Shown here: piece by piece, positions 14,600 through 28,364 of the stretch | How positions within the stretch are numbered: the stretch's first letter is position 1 | How the letters are laid out: each line of letters begins with the position of its first letter | From: Epiperipatus broadwayi | Taxonomy: Eukaryota; Animalia; Onychophora | Assembly (NCBI GenBank): GCA_028023455.1 | Contig: JAQFVV010000004.1 | Location: 19,964,001-20,028,000, forward strand | Reading direction: 5' to 3' | DNA length: 64,000 bases | Notes under the pieces: model-generated | What the model was told of the DNA's origin: nothing | The model's database searches: none | What the model saw: only the letters and a program-made list of their open reading frames with translations | Translations under genes and position numbers: made by a program

Positions 14600-15060
14600 T
14601 TATTGCCAGTTTCTCCGATCTCTAACTTCTCTTTTCCACATCATACATAACACATTTACTTATTTCATCCATTCTTCACACCTGTAGTTTCTTTCTAGGT
14701 CGTGTACGCTCACTTGGAATCCAAATTAAGTTTTCAATTATCCATCTATTATCATCCTTTCTAGCAATGCAGCCATTGCAGCTCTACTTTAGTATCTTAA
14801 TTATTTCAATGATATTAATAGTATCTATTTGTCGTCTTACCCATGTATTTCATTTTTGATCTCTTTTTATTCCTCCTGACATATACTTCTCCATTCTTTG
14901 TTGAGTGGTGTAGTCTCTGTATTGTTCTTTTATTAAGTGTCGGAAGTCTTAAGATTCATAAGTAAGCACTAGAAAACATATTTATTAAAAAACTTACATG
15001 TTTTCTTTTAATTTTAAGTTATGTCTACCAAAAGCACTCCATTCAAGTCTAATTTTACAA
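14600..15060 (-). mobile_element. 5'-truncated decayed copy of the 38272-41222 RTE 3' end
   Basis: ccatctattatcatc..tctagcaat, cttacccat, gatctct and taccaaaagcactcca match 38478-38800 collinearly. Confidence 0.8.
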
Positions 15061-15532
15061 TTAATTTCATCCATTATATCAAAATTTAATTTTTTAAAAA
15101 TCTTTTCTTTTTTTATAATGAGGTTATATTACATTCAGCACCTAAGGAGAATGTTGAACACAACTGTTTCATTAAAAATAGTTAGTTCTTTGCTGTGAGG
15201 TCATAAAATACTTGGGTATTAGAAATGACAGGTAGAACTTCAATCCAGGGACTTTTAGCTCTTGAATCTGCCATTCAACTATTGTGTTAAACCAGATGGG
15301 GTGACAATTCGATTCAATTGAACAAACATTTTTTATTTCAGTTAGAAATCGGATTAATTACTATAGCAGTGATAACAGATTTATCATTATTATTTTTTCA
15401 TAAATAATTGTTCTGTTTTTTCAGTTTTCTAACTAATAAATAAGATATAGCTTTCTTATATGCTACAGTTAATAAATTGATGGGTTAATTCAGCACAAAT
15501 ATTTAATTGCAAAACCTCCGACAACGAATTAA

Positions 15533-15632
15533 TTTTTTTTTCCATGCGTCATAGCATCAGCAGGGAAGCGAACCCGCTAATCCGGGACAACTGTTTGTAA
15601 GACAGCTGTACTCTCAACCACCAATGCTCGAC
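15533..15632 (-). mobile_element. tRNA-Gly-derived SINE copy with A-tail
   Basis: Reverse complement reads GTCGAGCATTGGTGGTTGAGAG...GGGTTCGCTTCCCTGCTGATGCTATGACGCATGGAAAAAAAA. Confidence 0.72.
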
Positions 15633-17959
15633 AACTAATTAATTTTGATTCTCAATATACATTAATATCGATAAATAGAAAAATGATAGATTTACAATAG
15701 ATATATTGTAAATATACATTTCTTTTTTAAAATTCATCTTTAGCAGTGAAAAGATTTACTTATTTATCATATATACCTGGCATTTAACTACTGGAGTAAT
15801 AAAACTGAACATATCAATTTCATTCAATTGACCAAATTGACATTTTTTTTATTTTCAGCAGCTGCAAATTGAGGTTGAAACTTTTTATTTATCAGTTTAT
15901 CATTTTCGCTGCTAGGCTAACAGTTGAGAAAATATATTCTTTTAGTTTTTAAAAGCAATTATGTTTTGAAAAATATTACTTTATTTATACTGTTTGACTG
16001 TGTGACTTTAACTGATATTATGTAATGTAACTGATTGCTATAAAAAAATATTTGCTTTAAAAATAAATGGAATCTAGAATAATTATTAAATATATATTGT
16101 CAAATCTAATATTAATATAAAAGCAATTACTTTTTATACTTTTATCCATACAAAAGCTTCAAGACTAATTTAGAAGTTTAAGCTGACAAAGAATATGTGT
16201 GTATACATCTTTATATAACAGATCACTTATACACATAATTCTATATTAACTAGATGGGATAAAAGCTTTGTTTACAAAAGCTATTTGGAAAAGTGAATAA
16301 TCTTTAAATATTATAAAAATAATGAAGTGATTTATTGCGTGGGAGTCCATAAGAATTCCATGCACCGGAAGTGATGAACCAGAGCCACTCTACTGGACTA
16401 AATCATGCAGAGCAACGTTACATGTAATAATAAGCTGACATTATATATGTGGCATTTATATAGAGGTACATGTATATGCGAAACATCAATTATGACATAT
16501 ATTTTATATTGTGAAATAAAAGAAGCACAAAGAATCCATTTTATAAGTAATTGTTCAACTTGTACAGTATTATTATTATCAGCCAATTCTGGATTAGTTT
16601 AATCATATTAATACATTCTTCAATGGTCTTTGGTTGAATTATGATCCACCAACTGAGAGATGTTATTTGTAGCATATTTCAATAAAATGCTATTATTTTT
16701 AAAAATTCTTGAAGCATAATTAATTCAAATAGCAAAATAGAAATAATTTACCATTAAAAAACATTACTGATAAGTCATAATTAATAATCATAAATAATAT
16801 CTAATGATGTTAGAGATATGCATTAAAGTAATAAGTCAAACTGAAACATCTACATACTTTATAGGTTGAAATAAAACACACATAAAGAGTTCACACTTGA
16901 GATAAACATTGGAATCTAATGTGTAAACGAAACAATATCTCTCGGTTGATAGAAACTATAATCCTAATATCAATGAAGAATCTGTTTATATGTCAAAATC
17001 AAACTGTTATTGAACTCACTCCTATGAAGATGTGGATTCATTGTGATTATTTAATTTAATATAAAATATAGTTGCTACAATTGGATTTTACATTACTTTT
17101 AAGACATATCTTTTTTTATTTCATAAGCATATTAAGTTCAAATAATATATCTCCATGCAGCAAACAAAAAAGTTAAAAACTTTTTTATTTATTGGATTCT
17201 TTATGTCTGCTCCAGATTATTAAACTTTATATTGACTTATGATGTTTAAATAATATAGAGGAGACTCCAACATGGTAATAAATTATTGGTCACATTAATT
17301 CATATTCAAGATAAAAAAACTCATGATAAAATTCTATAATTAAGTACACTGTGTTATTTAATTTCATGATAAAGCCTAATGTTGTAATTCTAATTATGTA
17401 CACATTGAATATGTCTGAATTTAGTATTACTTGGATAAAATTTGATTGGACTGAAAGAGGCCATAAATTTGGAGTATGTACTGGAACAAATATGATATTT
17501 GAGTTGAAAAAATGCAAATTTAATATTATATATATCACTTATACATGCAAGATTATATTAATTTTTATTAATATTTTCTATAGAGATAAAAACTATATCT
17601 ATTTAAGTAATTTATTTTACCTTTACTAAATATGAGAATGTACTAGTAAAAATATGAAAAAATAATAAGGATTCTATAAAATTTTTGCTAGATTTCATAA
17701 AACAAACAAAAATATTTATGTTAATGAGGAGACTCAAATTTAAAATTCAAAAACTTAAATCATCTTTTTTTAAAAAAAAAAAAAAATCCAAACCATAAGT
17801 GAAATTACAACAGATTAAAAAAAAACAACAAAATTTGGTGAGACAATGACTAATGTATAAGGATAGCAGCAAATATTATATATCTTATTGCTTTTGCACT
17901 TATTTTGTATTTAAATAATCAAATTCACTAAACATTGTTTAATATTGTAAAGTTAATTA

Positions 17960-18040
17960 GTCAAGTGTTGGTGGCCGAGTGGTAGCACAGCTGCCGTACA
18001 AGCAGTTGTCCCGGGTTTGCTTCCTGGCTGATGCTTTGAT
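17960..18040 (+). mobile_element. tRNA-Gly-derived SINE copy
   Basis: GTCAAGTGTTGGTGGCCGAGTGGTAGCACAGCTGCCGTACAAGCAGTTGTCCCGGGTTTGCTTCCTGGCTGATGCTTTGAT aligns with the other three copies. Confidence 0.72.
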
Positions 18041-19690
18041 ACAAAATGTTAATTATTTTAAAAATAATATTAACTTCATTTTTAATAGAATAAATTCTAC
18101 TAATCTAATCTATGCTCACTTATCCAAGAGATCATGTGCCAGATTAAATACAATAATCCCATTTAAATGATCAAATTGAAAATTGTTTTTATTTGGATGA
18201 GAATTGATAATAATTATTATGCATTTTATATATTGGATAAAAATGATTAGTAATTGATTAATTTTCACATATATTGATTTTCTATAAAGATGACTATTAA
18301 TGAGAAAGTTTTTGTAAATACTTCAAGGCAATGATATTTACCAAAATTATTTAAAAAGTCACCAAGCAGAAATAAAATGGGCCAAAATCAAACAAACTAT
18401 AAGTTCATGATTTTAGAAGCTATTTATATTTCCACTTATTTTTATTAGCTAAACTCATTCTTCACTAGTATCCAGGATATGTTTTATTAAATACTGTTGA
18501 AATTTATTTATAAGAGTAAAGTTTGTAATCTGAGTTATTGAATTCATTTAAAAATATAAAGTTAATAAAGGTCAGATATTGTCTTTTTATAAATAAATAT
18601 TATTTATTATTTGTAAGTAAATACTATTATTTCTTTATTCAATAATTTTCCAAACGGACTCTCAAGTTATTAGAGAACATTACTATTATAAAATTATATC
18701 TTCACACATCTTTAAAATGCTTGGAAAAGATAAAAAATTGTTAGAACATGATTAATTAATTAATATGACTACTCAACATAAAATTATATGATCAAAATCT
18801 TTATAAGATACCTTATATTTTTCAAAATAAGAATTTATATCAAAGTAAAAAAAGAAACAAACTTTAAAGCAGCAGTATTTATAAAATAACTAGAATCCTA
18901 TATCTAACAGACATAAGTCTAATTAAGTTTGCAATAAAACTGTCCTTAGAGCTGTAATGGCTTCTATTCTTAATTATACAATTTAATGTGTAACAGTAAA
19001 CCATAGATATTTTTCCTATACACTATCAAGATAAGTTTGTTCATTTGAAAAATCATAGTTTCAATTCTCTTTGAAATATATATAATAGTTTATTTCTTTA
19101 AAATTTCTTTATTTGAAAATTTATCAGAGCATTTGTGATGAGAGCTAAAACAATCTTTGTTTAAAATGACAGGCAAGGATAAATAAGAACAATATAAAAA
19201 TATATAAATTATGTGCACTTTCATATATATGACTTCTGCAGTTAAATTCTCTTAGAAACAAAAATAAACAAACATATTGAATAACACGAGCAATCATTTA
19301 TTTTACTATAGCTCACTTTTATATTTTTTTTAAAGCAATGGTTCTCAGAATTTTTTTTTTCAAGGCAGTAGCATAGCTAAAAATTTTGGCCTCCTATGCA
19401 AAATTGCAAAGCAAGTCCCTTTATAATATTTATAACATATACTTTAATACTTTTTTGAATATACATATATATACCAAAATACCCCTAAACCTATAGGTTC
19501 ATATATACAGAGATTCAGTTTATTCATGATAATTATATCACTGATTCAACTGCATAGGACACAGATTATGTAATAGCAAAGAAATTATCATCAAAACATA
19601 AATAAATACAATCCATTATGTTGTTTTTTCACATAAATTTATAAGTAAATAATATAAAATATTATTACATAACAGTGTTACTATATATAT

Positions 19691-20236
19691 AAACATTAAA
19701 AACATAAAGCTAAACTACAATAAATAATCAAAATTATCCCAAATCCAGAACTCAACCAGACTAGCCAAGAAAATAAATACTAAAACAGTACCAATGGTTT
19801 TACTGCTACAAGCAGACTTCTCAAGTTGTAACTATAAAATAAGAACATATTTATACTAAAAATTACCCACAATTCCACTTATCTCCCATACACCCTTAAT
19901 ATTAAAAGAACTTTTAAATAAGTTAATTGCTTTAGAATTGTAAATTCTTAATAATAAAGATTCTTTAATTCTTCTTTTTATTTCATTTCTCTTAGTCTGT
20001 ATTATTAAGAATTTATGATTCTGAAGCAGTTAACTTATTTAAAAGTTCTTTTAATATTAAGTATGTATGAGAGGTAAGTGGAATTGTAGGTAATGTTTAG
20101 TATAAATATGTTATTATTTTGTAGTTCTTTACACTTGTGAAGTCTGCTTGTAGCAGTGAAACTATTGGTAGTATGTTTTAGAGTTTATTTTTTTGACTAG
20201 TCTGTTTGAGTTCTGAATTTGAGGTAAATCTGATTA
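19691..20236 (-). mobile_element. Fold-back element with variant hammerhead motif, flanked by (TA)n
   Basis: Arms ~19725-19955 and ~20000-20236, with extra tail-like sequence 19691-19725 on the left arm only. Motifs at 19789-19824 (-) and 20135-20170 (+). Confidence 0.8.
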
Positions 20237-21803
20237 TATATATATAATGACACAAAAAAGCTTTTACTAGCATTAATTTTCTGCCTTCATCAATGTAAAA
20301 ATAATGTTTTAATCCTTAATATAACATTATAAACATAGCAAAATCTATCAATTTATACAAAAATTAATCAGGAAGAGTAAAGAAATCCAAATTCACACAA
20401 ATATAATAATGAAAATTGAAAAATATTATATATATATATTATATAATTAAAATATATGTACATATAATCTATATTATTTATACATACTGTATATATTTCA
20501 ACTTGTATTTATTATTTTTGTAAATATTTGTATTGCTTTGTTATAATTTTATTATTTTTTCTGAATAACTTTTGTATAAGATGTTATATCTTTTTATATA
20601 TGTAATGGTATATCAGGGTTAAAGCAGATTACATTTACATTGATTGAGTGCATAAAATTATTTACTGAAATTTTTTTTTTTTGAATTATTATAAATATAT
20701 ATATGGTAATAATGTTATATAATATTTTATATTATTTACTTATAGAATCATACATATAAAGTAGTTCCATAAAACTATTAATAAAACACATAGTTTTAAA
20801 GTTGTGCTTTGTTATGAAAAATGTCTAAGAATGATAGCCTAACCAAAAACAGGATGTCAACTGTATATGTAAAGTGATGATTTTAAAACAAAGTCAGTTT
20901 CAGATACATTTTAAAATAATAGGAAAAATATTTGCTTAATGCTTTTATTATTTCCTAAATCATAAAAAAATAAAGTATTTAGTCAATGTTTACCAGAAGG
21001 TTTATGATGATGATATAATTGGACTTTTTCTAATTAAGTATTGAATGCCTTTAGAAACATTTAACTTTGTTTAACCTGTGTGTTACTACTAACAGATGAA
21101 TGTTATTGTAATATGCAAATAAAGTTAAATTTTTCTAAAGACCTTCAATACTTAATAGATGATGGAAATAGTTCAATATATAAATAGAACTATTTAGTCA
21201 ATGTTTTGTTTAAATAATCTAATATGAACAAACCTAATATAATTCAAATTTCATATAAAGATCTATTAATGATAATATGTTAAAATAGTGGGCAATTAAA
21301 AATCCATTCATTTATAAAAGTTTTAGAAAACATGTTATTCGAAAAATCATTGACTTTTGTAGATATCAAATTTCTGTGGTGCTCTCAACAACATATAATT
21401 GGTCCTTTGACAGAAATAATAAGTTATGTTGATCAGATGAAAAACATTTTCTATATATTAATGATTATTCAATAACTTAAGATCAAATTTAATCATATCC
21501 AGTGATCAATTAAGAAAATTTTTGATATCAAGTTTTTTGATAATGACAAAAAAATATTAAGTGCTGTATTAGTATTTCTATGATCTACATGACTATTAAA
21601 ATATAAGGCAACTTTCCAAAACAAACATTATTTTGTTCAGCAGTTCCATGACTATTTATGGAAGCAGTATTAAAATATTTGTCAAAATATTAAAATTTAT
21701 AAGATGATCACAAGAACTATCATGGGATCCAATACGATCTAAGTAAATTGTGAATTCATAACTGCACAATCAGACCTGTTTGCTGCATAATAATACATTT
21801 AAA

Positions 21804-21910
21804 GTCTTGCATTGGTGGTGAAGAGGTCAGCGTGACTGCCTTGCACTTGCAGGCAGTTGCCCGGGTTGCGGGTTCGCGTCCCAGCCGATGCTATGACACT
21901 TAAAAAAAAA
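21804..21910 (+). mobile_element. tRNA-Gly-derived SINE copy with A-tail
   Basis: B box GGTTCGCGTCC, same head as 30978, ends CCGATGCTATGAC-ACTTAAAAAAAAA. Confidence 0.75.
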
Positions 21911-23828
21911 TACATTTAAGTACTTACGTTGAGAATCATGCAAGAAAAATAATAATCAGCAAGATGCATTAATGTCTTTTCTAACTATAACATTTTTAAG
22001 TTTTGATTTTAAATGTGAACTATACGTTTATATTTGATATGTATAAATTTATTGTATATAGTAAAATGAACTCTTTTTTTTTATACGTCAAATAAAAATA
22101 AAAATACCAATTCTCTTTTTTGCACGTTTTCAAGCAATTTTCTTTTATTTCCTTCTAATTGTTTCAGATAATTATGCAACTTTAATAAGAGAATCTGTTT
22201 TATCATTAATATAAATGGCAGCCCATTTGGCCGCAGCCCAAACAGTTAAAAGAAAGCAATATTACTTAAAAAATGCAAAAGAGAATTAGTGTTATTGTAA
22301 TAAATTGAGCAATAGAGAGATAGTAAAAACTCTGAATCATGAGTAGTTTATAAACATTTGCCTTATTTTATTAAACTTTACCTTTAGTTAAAAATATTTT
22401 ATTGAATGTTTAAAGAAATCGATATTTTTTGGTGAAATTACAATACGTCAGCAATAAATTTCCTGTAAAAATACAATAATGAACTTATACTGTTTTAGCA
22501 AGAATAATCTAAAAATGTATTAAACTATCTTATTTTAAAAAAATAATTTAGATATATAGTAACTCATTAAATTTGATTTTGTATTGTTCTTTTTTGAAGA
22601 GTTTTTTATTAATATATATATATCACTTGATAACAGCTAAAGCTTAACAAATCATAGCTTAGACAATCAGCTGGCAAAGCAACTTCTATAGATAAAGGAT
22701 GGAGAAGTTATCTCGGAAATCAAAACTTTGGCTGTTATCATGTGATTTATGTTTAGAAACTACCTAAACATTGGCAATTTATGGACTAGTATATATATAT
22801 ATCATATGATTATCATCCAATATAATTCTAGCATGTTAAATAAATACTTTTTTACATTTGTTGAAAATTGATTTTAAAAATTAAAGAAAAAAAAATTGCC
22901 TTTAAAATAACGCTTTTGAAACTTTTCATTTTAGCACATTTCAAACAATTTAAATAATAAAAAACTATCTGGAGAAGATTTATTCAATTAAAGAAAAAAC
23001 ATTCATATAAATAAATAATTATTATTTACATATATAATTATTAAATATTTGATCCTGATTTAGTTTGTGCTCATGGCCATTTTGAAATCTAAAAACCATT
23101 GCTGACACATTGTATAAAAAGTACTGTACTAATTCATATTTTAGAAATTATAAGCTAATAAAAATAATATGCTTTATTTTATTAGGGATTTTTTTTTAAA
23201 ATTTACCTTCATAAAATATTTGAAATATGAAGGCACAAAGCGCCAGAATTTGTAGGAAGGGGAATGGATGGTTTGGTCAATACGATCTAAAAGTTGTAGA
23301 AGTCTGATTAAACCAAGCTTATAATTTCCAAATACTAAAAGATTATACTATATGCCCATATGAAATAAAGCATATTATTTGTACTAGCTTATAATTTCTA
23401 AAATATGAATTTAAAGTACTTTTATTCAATATTTATATCATTTATCGGTTGGATGTGTCAGCAGTGGTTTTGGCTGGTCTTTAGATTTCAAAATGGCTGC
23501 GATCGCAAACTAAATTGGTACCAAATATTCTTACCTACATTTATCTTTGAATCATTTAATGTCATACACACACACTTGGAAATATTAAATAAACAAAGGA
23601 AATAAATTACCCTTCCTCAAGCTATGAATTAAAAACACTCTAAATGTTGAAAAATCCACTTGTTCTTGAAGCTCTGATGTTTATTAGTATATCTTTGTTA
23701 ACATTGTTGATAATTTACAGTGAAATTAATACACAGGGTGCTTTTAAGTCTTAGCCTGAGGGAAAGTGATTTACTCCTTTTATTTACATATATAAATAAT
23801 TCCAGTGCTTACTACTACCTGAAATAAA

Positions 23829-23950
23829 TATCAAATCACTTCAAACATTAAGAAATTTTCAGCTACATCCTCTGTGAATAAATGTATTAGAGTCTGCATT
23901 TACAGAGAGCATGGCTGAAAATTTTTTAATGTTTGAGATGATTTGATATA
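23829..23950. repeat. Short fold-back repeat (~55-bp arms)
   Basis: tatcaaatcacttcaaacattaagaaattttcagc pairs with gctgaaaattttttaatgtttgagatgatttgata. Ends in (TA)n. Confidence 0.7.
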
Positions 23951-25376
23951 TATATATATTAGCATTTGTATTTTTATATATATCATTGTGAATATATTTA
24001 GAAATATTATTTTAATATTTGCATATAAAAATCACTTATATAATTGAACATTATTATCATTTAAATATTGTTTACTTTTAATTCTTTTCCAGATTATATG
24101 CATCATAAATATAAAGCACAAATGGTAAAATATAAAGTATATAAATATGAAGATATATTCTCATCAATATATATAAGCATGCACACACAGAAAGATCTGT
24201 ATGTAGGAATAGACTTGTATGTACATATATGTGTAATTAATTTTGCATTTGTTTCTTCAGTTTTAAATTGCTTGTTTTGTTTTTTATTAATTCTAGAATT
24301 TAAAAAATTTACTTGAGTCTGATTTTTACATCATAAAATAATAATATTCACTTAAATGTTTTAAAATAAAAACAGGATAGCAAGCACTGACAAACTTAGC
24401 ATGATCAAGTTTTATTGCTACATTATAATACTCTATTGCCTAATTACCTTAACATGTCTTTCAGAGTGAAAACTTAACTTAAATTTAATATTTACTATAC
24501 TTTTTAATTTTATTTAATAAATCTAAACATATATATTAAATATGAAAGTTTTAAATTTTTTATTTTAAAATATACTTTTTTCAATTGTAAAATGATTAAA
24601 AAAATATGAATATTAATTATATATGTCTGTATGTTATTTTTGTAAACTTTCTCTGGAAGTTTAATAAAATTAAAAGTATTTTTAATACACATACTGTGCG
24701 CACTAATGCATAGTTCACATTCAGCTTGTGTTTAAAAATAAAATAATTATCGGTAAAATAACTTCAAGCATGTAATTAAAAATAAATAAATAAAGATGAA
24801 ATCAGTCATTCCTTATATTTTCAGGACATTTTAAGTAATGTTCTAAATCAGGTTATCTGCATATGTCAGAAAAGTAAACTTTTTGGTCTATATTTTTTTA
24901 TCATCACCGGTATCACAAATTGTGATAGTTTCAATGGTATAACTTTTTTATTAAAAAATAAATAAAATAATAGTAACTAATAATAATTAAATATATAAGT
25001 GAAAAACAACAACAAAAAAATGTTTAAATTACATGAATTTGATTTGAAGAGCATATTGCATTGTTATTGACACTTTGCAAAATGAAGACTTAGAGATGCA
25101 TGCAAGAGTTTTTGGTCAAATAATGAGAAAATTCAGCATAAAGCTAATTTCTGCACTATAAAGGCCAAATCTAATAAATACTGGAAGTAATTACAAGACA
25201 GTATATACCAAAAATAATTCCAGCCAAATGAAGTTTTCAGTATGCTTCATATAAAAAGATTACAAAGTCTTAACATTCAAACTCTGTCACTTTGGGGCAG
25301 TTCAATGTATTTCCTATTACTTCTCAGGCAGAAATAGGAATTATTACTGTAGTGACATTATTCAAGGGGGATTAAG

Positions 25377-25827
25377 TCATACACTTGTAACATTCTGCCA
25401 CATTTCACGTGAGTTCTCACTAAAATAGTCACTGTCATGACGTTCATCTTTTCGCATATTAGCTGCTGGTAGAATAGAAGGGCGTGGTGTATCAATTATT
25501 TTTGTTGGAGTAATATAATAACCTTGTGATAAATCTCCAGTGAGACTTCCACTCCTTGCAGTCAAATCCTTAAAACTCTGAGTAATTTGATCACTGGAAG
25601 AATCTCTTCCTAATTTCAAATTTGGTTTTTGTGAAAATGATAAAGTGGATGATCTTTCAGGAAGTTGCATCTCCAATGAATCAGTTCGTTCTATGGCTAC
25701 ACTCGAAGCAGGAGCATCCAAGCTAGGTGAAATCAGGGTAGGATTATTAGCTAAAATTTCCACAATTTCCCTGGCTGAAGGCCGCCGCTGCGGATTGTAG
25801 GACCAACACAACAACAGCAGAGTTTCT
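25377..25827 (-). CDS. VKR: Receptor tyrosine kinase last coding exon (subdomain XI and C-terminal tail), putative Venus kinase receptor
   Basis: TTTTCAG|A GAA ACT CTG CTG TTG TTG TGT TGG completes the TT|A Leu codon of the previous exon. Encodes ETLLLLCWSYNPQRRPSAREIVEILANNPTLISPSLDAPASSV...WQNVTSV with TGA at 25379-25377. Confidence 0.9.
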
Positions 25828-26746
25828 CTGAAAATATAATAATTATAAAAATATAATTATTTTTGATAAATTTAGTGTTTTTTATTAAATAACTAGGAAA
25901 ATCAATTATTAGTATGTAAGTTTAATTGTTTGCAAAAATAAATAAATATAAATAATATAAAAGCAGGTGTTCCTTCTTAGTGTTTTAAAAACAATGAATT
26001 AGTGTTGTTTAATCAGTGTTGATTCCTGGCTTCCCCAAAAATGACTTGTTATCTAAGTTTTAAGTTTTACATTCATTATACAATAAAAAAATGTATGATT
26101 TGAATCCACTAATACTTTTATTGATCATCCTTCTCTTTTTTTACCTTTAACATATTTTAGCACTTATAACTTTTTTAATAAATTTCTTTCTCTTTTTTTG
26201 CTTGTTTAATTTTAAAATAATAGATCTGAATAAATAATTTCAATCAGTTCTTTAGATTTTTATATAAAATTTCATTTTTATTCAGATTAAAATATTCACT
26301 TTTTTTATAGTACTGTTAAAAATCGCTTTTAACATTTTAGTTTCAAAAGCATCAATATTTTTTCTATTTTTCCATTCAAAAATGCTAAAAATATTATAGA
26401 GCACTTCTAATATATATATATTAAATGCATTTCTTTAAATATAATCTTTTTAAAGGTCTTCATTACAACACTGATAGATGCAGTCAGAAATGAATATTTT
26501 TCTATTCGATCTCTTGGAGTTGACAAGCAACCAATAAGGCAAATTTTATCTATAATACTTGGGATTGCATTTCACTCAATAATTTTCTACATATTCATAT
26601 TTAGCCAATGAACCATATTTTCATTAACATTTATAAAACAATGAGAAAATTGAAAAATCCTATATTTTATTTACAATATTTTTTTTTTTATTGAAATGTG
26701 AAAGTTGTAATAATATAGTTGCATGAAATAAGCAGTTCTAATATAA

Positions 26747-27536
26747 TAATAACATGAAAGGCTGAAACCTTTGACAGATGAGGCTTAAAAATGCTTATAT
26801 GACAACCAATCAGATGTAATAATGACTGCACAAGGGAACTCTTAATTCAAAACATGAGGCAGAGATTTTATGAGAAAAAGATGGTTTCCACCTTCTTCTC
26901 TACTTAAATTTTATATATAAATAAGCCAGACTCAAGCATTTTGAACTAAGAGCATGAAGCTTTAAACACCTTCACATTTAATTCACTAAATATTATATAT
27001 AAATAAACAAAATCTCTGCCTTGTGTTTTGAATTGAAAGTTCTCTTGTGCAATCATTATTATATCTGATTGGCTGTCATATAAGCATTTTTAAGGCACAT
27101 CTGTCAAAGGTTTCAGCCTTTCATGTTAATATTATATCATCTGCTTGTGCTTAATAAATTAATATATTTACATTTGTTAAGATCATTTCATTAGATTTGA
27201 AAATTACTTTGTAGTAAATTGAAAGATTTCACATTGTTCATTTATATATAATATTTAGTGAATTAAATGTGAAGGTGTTTAAAGCTTCACGCTCTTAGTT
27301 CAAAATGCTTGAGTCTGGCTTATTTATATATAAATTTAAGTAGAGAAGAAGATGGAAACCATCTTTTTCTCATAAAATCTCTGCTTTTGTGTTTTGAATT
27401 CAGAGTTCCCTTGTGAAGTCATTATTACATCTGATTGGCTGTCATATAAGCATTTTTAAGGTGAATCAGTCAAAGGTTTCAGCCTTTCATGTTATTATTA
27501 TATCATCTGTTTGTGCTTAATAAATTAATATATTTA
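26747..27536 (+). mobile_element. Family C compound insertion: one inverted unit and two tailed direct units
   Basis: 26747-27006 is the reverse complement of 27238-27500. 27010-27173 is a shorter direct copy. 14-bp direct repeat cagttctaatataa at 26733-26746 and 27537-27550. Confidence 0.85.
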
Positions 27537-28364
27537 CAGTTCTAATATAAGTAATATAAATTAATGACAGGCAAGTCAGATTATGAAAATATATTACTGC
27601 CATGTCCATGGGAAGACAATCTCAGCTGTGTATATGAAAATGAAGAATACACATACAATTTGAATATATATATATATATATTATAACCTACACTCCCAAC
27701 ACTGCTCATATACATTACATGAACAAAATGCCCAGGTGCCAGTTTTATTAATGAATAGAACAATATAACAAAATATACAATACAAAATTATTATTGTTAT
27801 TTAAATGTTTTTATTGTGAATATACTATTGTTTGCTGTTATTAAAGATGAAAATGAAATGAAACATAATGCAGAGTCATACATGCATACACATGTACTAC
27901 AACCTAAATATTGAACTATCTTAACTAAATATAATTGAAACTGCTATTAACTGTTGACAAAAGGATAAGAATTAATGAATAAAGGATTTTGAAACCATTC
28001 AAATAATACTACAATAATATAAAATAACTTTGCATCTTTCCAACAAGATGTATCAATTCCATTAATAAACAACCCCCCCTTCCTTACATTAAATACCTCA
28101 TTAACCACAATAATACTAATAAATACTTATAAAGTGGTCAATAAACTGCATAAGCAATCCATATTTAAGCTTTAAACAATCTCCAGCAAAAATTTTAAAA
28201 TTCCAAGGTTATTTCATTTTTTTTATACAATATAACTATTTAATTAAGATATAAAGTATCTTAAACCCTTGTGCCCATTCAGATGGTCACAATATATATA
28301 TATATTCTGAAAAGCTTGTTAAGAGCTATTGGCAAGCTCATTAGATAATATATATATATATATT

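Noticed and set aside
650-24692. Remaining 60-100 aa ORFs rich in I/F/L/K/N/Y
   Set aside because: Their composition mirrors AT-rich non-coding DNA. I found no recognisable domains or consistent splice signals apart from the TE relics listed.
24947-24952. AATAAA on the minus strand ~425 nt after the kinase stop
   Set aside because: The hexamer is very common at this AT content and cannot be assigned without 3'-end data.
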